64,000 nt of DNA from contig CDPCPM010000073.1 in the NCBI GenBank assembly GCA_976551045.1, forward strand, positions 28,272,001 through 28,336,000. Reading direction: 5' to 3'. Origin of the DNA: Glaucostegus cemiculus. Its lineage: Eukaryota. Positions 48,882-64,000 of this stretch are shown here, piece by piece. The notes under the pieces were generated by a model. That model saw nothing but the letters and a program-made list of their open reading frames with translations. It was not told where the DNA came from and did no database searches. Positions within the stretch are counted from its first letter, which is position 1, and each line of letters begins with the position of its first letter. A program made the translations under genes and the position numbers.

Positions 48882-48887
48882 TTTATT
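48882..48887 (-). terminator. Probable BMERB1 polyadenylation signal
   Basis: TTTATT on + (AATAAA on -), followed on the minus strand by pyrimidine/GT-rich gttccttcccttcctttgtg; alternative near 49070. Confidence 0.45.
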
Positions 48888-49768
48888 CAAACATAACCAA
48901 CAAGAAAAAAAAGCTAAATATAAATACTTTTCAAGTTAATTACAAGTACTTCAAGGGACATGGTGGAGAAATTCAATGTTGGGCAGTGATCAGCTGCCAC
49001 CCATTTTGTGTTCCTCCCAATGATGAATTTCTCCACAACCCTAAACACTCAATTTTTTTGAAAGACCCTTTTATTGCAAAACTTAATGTTCTAACAAAGC
49101 CTTCACTCTACACTTAATTACTGACAAATCTGCTTACTTTTATAGTACATTAACAATACCCTATTTATCAATAAGGAAACACTTGATTTTAACACAATAA
49201 GAACATACTTTAAGTTATGATACATGATGATCTCTACTTGGTCACTGTACATTTTTCTACAGGACAGAATTTGCCTCTATCCCTGTTAAAGTCACTGAGT
49301 TTAAATTTGTAAAGTTTGTTACCTGACTTTCAGTAGCTGAATGTGCTCTTTCAAGGCAGAGTGTTGTTATTGTTTGTGAGTCCCCAGTTGAAATGCCTGG
49401 CAGAATCTAGAGGAATATGAAATAAGCCTCGAAGAGTTGTTCCATTTGAAAACCCTGTAAAATCCTATTAGTGTTGGTAGGAAATTTTAGAAGTGGTATA
49501 TTGTATACTATTATTACCTCTGGAACAATTTATTAAAACTACTTTGTTTTCACACATGCCAGGTATAAAAAATTCTCATTCTACCACTGGAAACGAGATG
49601 CACTTTCCTTTTCAGCATGCAGAGTTTATGATCCATGCATGAAGGGCAGACTCACTTCAACGCAGTGTTTTAACGCAGTATGGTATGGTCAGCTGTTACT
49701 CGTCCAGCCTGGGTGCAATTCTCTTTCACAAACACTTGGAGAGGGGATTCAAATGTGATTAGTGGGGA

Positions 49769-55526
<5,758 letters not shown>

Positions 55527-58500
55527 TCAGTACTGTGCATTAACACTTCCCCAGTTTACTGCTAAATGATAGGAATTCAAGATTATTGCTCCACCATCAA
55601 TTCTTCCAAATCCATGACTACTAATTTAACTGCCCAGTCAACTGATAGATTGGAACTGCTGGTAGTTTAATTGGTTACTATAAATTATCTCTTACTTTAG
55701 GTAAGTGACAAAAAAATCCAAAAGGACATGAGAGAGAGAGAGTAAAATTGCAGGGCCACAGGCAGAAAGGGAAATGGGAAAGATGGGACTGCTCTCCTGG
55801 AGGCTGGCATGGATCTGGTGGATTCAACAGACTCCTCCCTGCAGTAATAACTAAGTAAATATTAGAGACCTAAAAGCCCGATTTTTAAATCTATGCAGAA
55901 TTTGGTCTTTGTCAATTGGAAATTCTTCCGTTGTTGCAAAAATAAGCTGGGCTTCTTAACTCATATAAATCCCATTGGAAGTCGTGGGAACTTATCGGTC
56001 CACAGGCTGCTTGTTAATGCCGGCTAGATGGCAGAATTGGTTTCCATGGCTTCCCACTATGGTCCCACAGAATGGGGGGTAAGTTTGAGGGAGGGTGTTG
56101 GAGGCCCAAAGAAGGATCCTTGCTCCTCCTGACCCCTCAAGGATAGGACAACAGTTTACTCTTCCTGCCCCTTTTTCTTGGTGGCTCCCAACTAGCTTTC
56201 ACCAGATTGGGATCCATGGCAACTTCTCCACTCAGACCACAGTTAAAATTGCAGTTGGGGTCAAATTATGTCATCAGTTCATTTGCAAAGAAGGATTGTC
56301 TCAGCTTTGGGTGGATATCCTTGATGAAGACCATGTCACTGTTGCTGACTCTGTGGGCCCGTTCCTTGCTTGCCCCAAAGTGAAGCTGGCCCATTCTCAC
56401 ATGCCACCCCACTCCTGGTGACAATCCTGTGTGCTCCCTTAATATTAACTTTGCTGGAATTCTCCCAACAATTTGGACTGTTGTCTGGTTGAAGCTCTGT
56501 GCTATGTCCTCATCTACCTCAAGCACGTCACCAGTGTCTCCAGCCCTTCCAACAGCAGTAATATCCCCTCCCTTTCCTTGCATATCATCACATCCTCTGT
56601 TCTGTGTCCTGTCCAGGATCTCATTAATGTCGTTCAGTTAAAGAAATAATTCCCCTCTTTCCATGTGCAGGGTGATTCATGGAAAAAGCTCATGCTTCCC
56701 AACGTATCTCACAGATCCTCAGTATGTGCACTCCTCCTCAGAGAACTTAGTTCTCTAGATCCTGTTACCGTCATGAGCAGCAACATCCTAAACCAAGTGC
56801 CAGTGTTTCTGCAGCCCTATCACTCGGCTGGATAGAGTTAACAACAGACATCCTTTACTGAGTGCAGCTATTGTCAAACTGAACAGCAGTGAGTTGTACA
56901 ACAATTTACCGAGGAACTATCACAGGGTACACACATTTCTTAAGGGTATATTTACACTAATACACACTACATCAACAATTCGGCAATTCATCAGGACAGC
57001 ATAAACCATATGGGTCCTTGGTAAATGAGCTGTTTCTTTGTTCTACCTACAGGGCTGCTTGTTTCAGTGTAAGCTGTTATTAACCTGAGTTGATGGGCTA
57101 GGTTATGGGACTGTTATCACTGCAGTGTCTGGGCTGTAACCTGTGTTGCAATGTGGGTTGGAGTGGTACAGCTTACAAAGAGCAAACATATCCTACCCTC
57201 CCTTACAAGCTACTAGTTCACATGGTTGCTGAAGCCAGTGATTGTCTTACAAGCTGACCACTAATTCGGCAGGTGCATCCACAGAATAAAACCACCCGAA
57301 ATTTTCTGTAGTGAGAAAAAAACCATTAGCCAGCCAAGGAAATACATTTGCCTATTCTTGTTTTGTTCATTTACAAATACATTGAGGTAAGCTGAATTAA
57401 GTCATCAAGATGTATGAGATGGGCAATGCAGTAAAAAAAATGTCTAACTTTTCTGACATTTCCCTGCTCCTGCCTTAAAAAAGGATTCACTGATAAGATT
57501 TTATAAATTGATGGTGCGGTAACATAAAATTAATTCAATTATCTGAAGATATTGTCAAAGTATTTTGCTCTGTTGCCCCATAAAAAAAAACCCTGCCATC
57601 TCCCACTTTCTCGGCAGAGACTAGATTAGATTGTAATCTCCCTCCATCAAGTAATAAATACAATCGTACTGTATCAGCAGGAAGCTGAAAACCAGGGCAT
57701 GTTTGACATGCATGGCAGAGGCTGAGTGGATTGTGCCTGGAGCTGTATGAAGCCAAGCACAAACCACTTTAATAAGGTCAATGCTTATGCAAATCATACA
57801 CTGCAGTTTATATCACCAAACATCTACATTTATTTCAATTTTTTTGTATTTAGAGATTAAAATATTGTTTTCTAACATTCCCTTCAGGTGTTTGTTTATA
57901 TGTATGTATTTACATATTGTAGACTGGTTCTGTTATTTGAAAAATTGTGTTCCTTGCTGCTTCTCAATGAGAACACACAATTGCACATCATTGGGTTCAC
58001 CTATTGACTAAGTTACAGAGCCTCTAGTACTGTTGGTTCAATGGCATAGTTTTAAAATCAGAGTCATTCTTGAAGTGTCAGCTTTTTGGGAACTGCTTGG
58101 TTTACTGTCAGTTCTTGCTAATTTCTAATATGTTTTTAATGGTGATAAACATTCATCTGAATGGAAATGAGAAGAACTAGGTTAATGGTGGAACAGCCCA
58201 GCTATTAAAAGTTGTACTTCAATCATATCCCTTCAAGCATTCATTAGAGAACAAGGGGAAAATATAATTTCATTTAACAATAATACAAAATGGAATAACT
58301 AAGCATAGCACACAAGGCTCTTATTTAGACATGTAGAAAGCCCTGTTGCTTTCACTGTGATATCATTGCATCAGCATTGGTGTGCTTCCAAATTAATGTT
58401 ATGCTGTTTTTAGATGTTAATCTATCCTTAAGATAAACATGGCAACATTTTCTACTTCTGCACATTGATTGAAATATTTTAGACCCTGAAGTGGAAACTT

Positions 58501-59769
58501 TTATTGGACCGCTAGAAAACTGCAGACCCATTTTGTTATATATAGATTTCCTGAGTAACCTTCTCCAGAGCATTAATTTATTCAGTTTTCAGGAATTGTT
58601 GCAGTCCCAGAAACACAAAATTAGTTTAATGTGCAATACAACCCCTTTTAAGTGCAAACATTACATTTAAAAATGATCATTTCCAGGGTTCTCAAGTGGG
58701 AACCATTTAGAGGATAACTAATATGATTCTATTGTTACCACACCATACAATTAATGCAATGTTTTTCTGCTTCTCTCTCCTTGGATGCTGCCTGACCTGA
58801 TAAATGTTGGCAGAATGCTCTACTTTTATTTTGCCATGAATCGGTCTTGGATCACAAGGTCACATTATAACCTTGCATCTGGAAGATTATTTGAGCTTTC
58901 CTAACTCATCCTTAAATCCGTCCATGCTCACACCAAGTAGTCTCTCAAATAATGCCAAGATTTCTACTTCATTTACTTCATCTGAAGTTGACTACATATG
59001 GTGAGCACCATTCGTGAATAAAATGTTTCTGAAATCTGTACTGAAAATTACGTTCTCCCCTGCTGCTGGTTTAGTGATCTTTTAGGTTAGTTTTCTCTGT
59101 GCATTTAATAATTCTATATTCATAAAATCACCTCTGACAAAGTTCAAGGACAAAAATCCAACTGGTGTTCTCACTTAAATTACAGTCATGGTAATTCTTT
59201 GTACTGCCCCAAACCCTTGAATGTCTCTCTTGTTCCTAGGTGGCCAGATCTCAATGCAGCAATTAAAGTTGTGATCTAATTAGAACACTGGTAAGTTTGA
59301 CTGATACCTTCCCTGATTTAGAGTCTACAAGCTTCACTACATAGTCCAAAATCAATTGGGTTCATTGATCCCTCCTGTACCTTGGTTGAACATCTCAGCA
59401 TTGAGTCTACTAAGAGGCCCAGGTCTAGTTCAATTTCACCCGGAGCAATTTCAACACCATTCATGGGTTATGTGTGACCTCTACTTTTAATGCAAACATG
59501 AAACCTGCCTCATTGATCATTATTAATTTCATCTTCTATTGTTCTGCCCATTCACACTTCCCAGTTAATTTTTCCATAATTTCCAAGCAGCCTCTTCCAA
59601 TTCCACTGCCCCTCAAAGTTTGTATTCATGTGAATTTGAGCTTTTGCATTTAATTTTTGTATGAAGAATATTAAAGTAAATTAGAAAGAGTAATGGCCCC
59701 AGCAGTGGGTCCTGAATAAGTCTACTTGGCACCTAACCTCACTTTGATGTCTTCTTGTGTTCTTCCTAG

Positions 59770-60475
59770 GCATTCGCGTGGGGTTGAGAATGATTTACTT
59801 CCACGTCAGTTCTCTGGGTTCTGAGGCAGCTGCTGAGGCCAATGTGGAATCCACTTTCACCGCCACAGGTGGGCAGAATGTGCCTGATGCGGGTGGCCGG
59901 CTGGCATGGGAGGTGGTCTACTCCTTCCTCTGTGACCACTGAGCTCCCACATGGTCCCAAAGGGACTTTAGACTCTTGGTGCCATCCCAAAAGCTCCTTC
60001 TCCACCTTGAGCAGTTGTAGGCCAGACACTCCTCTGAGCTGTGGGGCCTGTTCCACCCTTTCATCCTTGAAGTGTTTCCTTTCTCCCCCTGGTATTCAAT
60101 TGCTGTGATTGAACTCAGAATAGGGTGCCTGTTTCAGTATGGTGACCAACATGGCCTGCCCATTAGAGATGGCTGAGTAGAATCAGTGCTGGGATCTTGG
60201 GTGGGAAGAGGATATGTTCACTGAAACTGACAGTGGATATGGAAGACTTTGCAGAAACAGTGATGGCGACTTGAGGTGCCTATTGCAGGTAATCTTTGTT
60301 TCAGAAGGAAACAGGATGGCAGAGATCCATTGCTGTCCAGTAGTCAATAGGTTTTATATCAGATTTGAGTTCAGGATCATCACTCTTTTCCTCAGATGGC
60401 CAAATGCTGTGCTGATGTACTGAAGGTGATGTAGAACTTCAATATCATTAACCCAGAGGCAAGGAATTCTTTCCT
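59770..60475 (-). mobile_element. RTE-clade LINE 3' fragment
   Basis: Minus strand AFGHLRKRV, GQAM/WAGH-like remnant, and C-terminal zinc-knuckle remnant PTCGGESGFHIGLSSCLRTQ. Confidence 0.8.
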
Positions 60476-60837
60476 GTGACTTTTTTTTTCATGGCTTCCA
60501 CTTATTATTTGACCGTCCTATTGCTGCTACAGTACTGAAACAAAGATTTGTTGTTATGCTAAGCTTCAGTCACAATGGTTCCCCCCCCCCCCAACCCCCA
60601 GGGCTAATTTCACCTCTCTGCTCATCGTTAAACTTGTTTCTACCTTTTCATTCCAATGAAATTTGTCCCTGCAAGATTTCTACATGCCATTTTCCCACCT
60701 GAGCTCACTTATAATTTGCTCCTGCAGTTTCATATTTGTTTTGTCTAAACCTATTGTGTTTGAAATTATATTTACCAAGCCCAGAACTATAACTGTAAAG
60801 ATATTCCTATCGTTAACAAATCAAAGGTGTCAATAGA

Positions 60838-61460
60838 TTCTGAGTCAGATCACTGTGGGTTCAAGACCCACTTCCAAAGACTTGAGCACAAAAATTTAGG
60901 GTGATATTTTAGTGCAGTACTGATGAACTGTTGTACTCATAGAAGTGTCATCTTTTGAATGTTTCTTCTGTTCTCTTTGCTGAATGTAAACAATCCTGTG
61001 GCATTTATTGTGAAGAACAACAATGGAGTTAACCCAATGTCTTATACAACATCTAACACTTAATCAATGTCACTAAAACAAACATCTGTGAAAACATCTG
61101 GTCCTTATCACACTGCTTTGCTTGAAAATATATCACTGGTCCTTCACCATTGCTGGTCTAAGTCCTGGAACTCTCTACCCAGCAACACTTTGGGAGCAGT
61201 TTCATCAGAGGAACAGCAGCAGTTCAAGAAGACAACTCCACCATTACTTTATAGCCACTTAGGATTGGACAATAAATGCAGGCTTTGCTAGTGATGCCCA
61301 AGTATCGTGTGAATGGAGAAAATCTATTTGTGAGAGTTTGCTGTGTTCATATTGGGTGCCACATTTCCTGCAACAGCGATTATACTTCAAAAGCTTGCAT
61401 CACAGACTGTACCTCAGGACATTCTGAAATTTGTAATAAGTACAAGTCTGCTTTCCTCTT
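60838..61460 (+). mobile_element. DeuSINE/SacSINE1-like SINE interrupted by a LINE 3' fragment (about 61125-61320)
   Basis: tgagtcaga...gggttcaagacccac...acttgagcac head; Deu-like core; tail cttcaaaag...caagtctgctttc. Confidence 0.7.
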
Positions 61461-63394
61461 ATTCCTCGCTCATTTAATTGGATACAGCTCTTTTAAATCA
61501 GACACCACTGGGTCCTGCTTATTTTGATTCCCAAATCAAGTTAAACTCTTGCTTTGTGATTGCCTTGCACATTTTATGAATCATTTACCAATACCATTTT
61601 AAGATGACTATTGCCTCTTGTGGCTTCCCAGATGCAATGAATGAAGAAACAGTCATGCGCTAGATCAGCAGCACTGACTCAACTCAGTAATAGTTTTCCC
61701 TGTTATATTAATTTGATCTAAAGCTCCCAACAAGGTAATTTTCCTCTTGTCAAAACCATTCTAATTTCTTTGTAAAACAATTTGCCCCAGTTTTTATGCT
61801 GGCTTGGTCCTCTATAGGATAGCCCTGGTGTGAACTTGGGTTTCATAGCTTTAGTGAATGTTTGGTTAATATTTTTGTATGGGATCCACTACTTTATTTG
61901 TAGCTTTTTAAATCATTATGTCAATCAATCTTGCATTGATTTCCATTTTCTGCATTTAGTCATTGTTCTGATATTATGACAATATTGTGATAATTTGCCA
62001 TTTTAAAGAGTTGTCTCCTCTCACATTTCTCTAGTGCCCCTCTGTACATTCAGGGACAATTTTCAGCTGAATAACACGTCGTGAGACTGAAGGTAGTAGG
62101 GGCGATACTAATTTTAGACCCTGGCCATATTATTTTGATTGAAATCAGCGAAAAGAAACAGTGGGCTGTAAAAATAGTATCATATTCAATGGGTGAATTT
62201 CCCATCTTATGAATTAGGTAAAAATTATCTTTCTGGCTTCTGATTCATGTGCATTTCTCTGGGTATATGAGTGAGAATGATTTTATAAATGTAGTTTCAG
62301 TTTCAATATAAGCACTTGTTCTGGCCTGTAAATACAGTTGGCACAGACATGCCTGAAATTACTTACTGACTTCTAATGGGACATTAATTATCCTCACCCT
62401 ATTATCCACACTTAGTATTCAGAAGAACCTTCAAGGATAATGGGAGACCGGTGGGAGCTGGGACTGCCATCAATTCCTGCTTCAGTGGAAAAGAATATCT
62501 GCTGACAAGGTCAACTGGTTCTACACAGCTTATTAATCAACTGATATTGCTGGCTCTTTGCTCTTCCCCCCACAAGACCACAGCCACCCCATCCACCATG
62601 TTACCTGCCATTCCAGCTACCAGACCTGCTGCAGAACTAACAGCCAGTCAAAAGACAACCCAAACAGAGTGCCACAGGGAATACAGCATATTTTCCAACA
62701 ATCTCATCAGTAGGTCTGAATATGTTGATCTCAGCAAGACGCACAGATCAATAATGTCTATTCAAGTATCCTCCCGTGGCAATGAGAATTATTATTAAAG
62801 TCAGCAATCCTTTCAAGATGTGGTGGAAACAGTTCTGGCTGCCGGTCTGCCAGAGGGAGTAGTGGGTGGGTGGGGTAAGATCAGCAGACATGATTGCAGA
62901 AGCAGGAAGTCCTGCCGGCAGGAGTAACTGAGCTCAGTTCTGGGAAGAGGCAGAACCATCCGTAGAGTACAGTACTTTGGCAGCTTTCAGCTATCTACCT
63001 GCAGTGCCCTCCACTGTGGCAGATAATTATAGCTCCAGTGTACTTTATTAAGTTGGCAAGTGTTACAGACTGAGAAAGATGGTAAACACATTATTTTAAA
63101 AAAATGGAGTGATCAAGTGGCCAGGTTTCACCTGGGTGGGATCTGATGCAGTCCATCAGATGTATATTGGTAATGGGTATTATCTGATCAGATAAACTCA
63201 GGAGATAAACTAATTAAGGAGCAGAAGAAAAATTGCAACAAGTTCTCAGTAAATCTCAGTAAACATGCATGTGAAGGATACTTACATGCATAAAATCAAC
63301 CTCAGTCGCTTAGATAAGTGTGGTCATCAAGGATTATTGACCCAAATTACTAAATCAGCCCCATTTTGACTGGCAGAGCATTGTCACCATATCT

Positions 63395-64000
63395 TTTTAA
63401 TTGCTTTTGGGATCTGGGCATCACTGAGAAGACCAGGGTTTATGGCCCATCACTGATTGTTCTTGAGAAGATGGTGGTGATCCACCTCCCTGAACATTTG
63501 CAGTTGTATTATTGAAGGTGCTTCCATAATACTGTCAGGTAGGGAGTCCCAGGATTTAGACTCAGCAATGACGAAGAATGGGCAAGACACTTCCAAAATC
63601 AGGGTGGATAACTTGGAGGGAAATCTCATGTACTTGCTGCCCATGTTCTCCTTGGTGGTCAAGGCCATGAGCTTGGGAGGTGACGTTGGAGTAAACCTGG
63701 TGAGCGATTCTAATGCATTTTGTAGGTTTGTACACACTGTTGCCACTGGGGACCAGTGGTGGAGGGAATTAATATTGAGGGTGATAGATAGGATGCTAGT
63801 CATGTGGGCTGCTTTGTCCTGCGTAGCATGGAGCTTCTTGAGAGTTCTTGAGAGTTCTTAGTGCTGTACACAGCAAGCAAGTGGAGAGTCTTCCATCGTC
63901 CTCCTGACCTGTGACATATATAAAGTGGAAAGACCACTCCCCACAGGATACCCGGACTTTTGTAGCTATGGTATTTATGTTGTTGAGTTTTTCATCAATA
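63395..64000 (-). mobile_element. Old CR1/L2-clade LINE 3' fragment
   Basis: Minus ORF 63450-63803 (SLHHWSPVATVCT...SKSWDSLPDSI) is the same family as 23300-23680. Confidence 0.8.

Noticed and set aside
59766-60108. ORFs with a zinc-finger-like PTCG...HIG motif as a novel gene
   Set aside because: C-terminal remnant of an RTE LINE, frameshifted

Overview
This is eukaryotic vertebrate genomic DNA, AT-rich and intron-rich. The repeat content (HER1/CR1 LINEs, an HE1-type V-SINE, DeuSINE/SacSINE-like elements, Penelope-like, Rex1 and RTE fragments) points to a cartilaginous fish, probably a ray; that taxon call is inference. The + strand carries the complete coding region of MARF1 (meiosis regulator and mRNA stability factor 1, also LKAP/KIAA0430). 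I reconstructed it by hand as 26 GT-AG coding exons from 2458 to 44531 (5223 nt, 1740 aa) with all splice phases consistent, encoding a NYN endoribonuclease, two RRMs and a LOTUS/OST-HTH array. The - strand carries the last three coding exons of BMERB1 (C16orf45), tail-to-tail with MARF1 as at human 16p13.11. There is no prokaryotic system, CRISPR array or RNA gene, and almost all listed short ORFs are noise or repeat fragments. I did not find a convincing novel biological system. The best leads are regulatory: an in-frame internal splice donor in coding exon 2 matching the mammalian oocyte/somatic MARF1 isoform switch, a dense uATG/uORF cluster before the start codon, candidate extra micro-exons and a possible decayed reading frame in intron 7, and Penelope-derived hammerhead-ribozyme remnants, one inside an intronic inverted repeat. 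Repeat boundaries are approximate and family names come from recalled motifs, not database searches.
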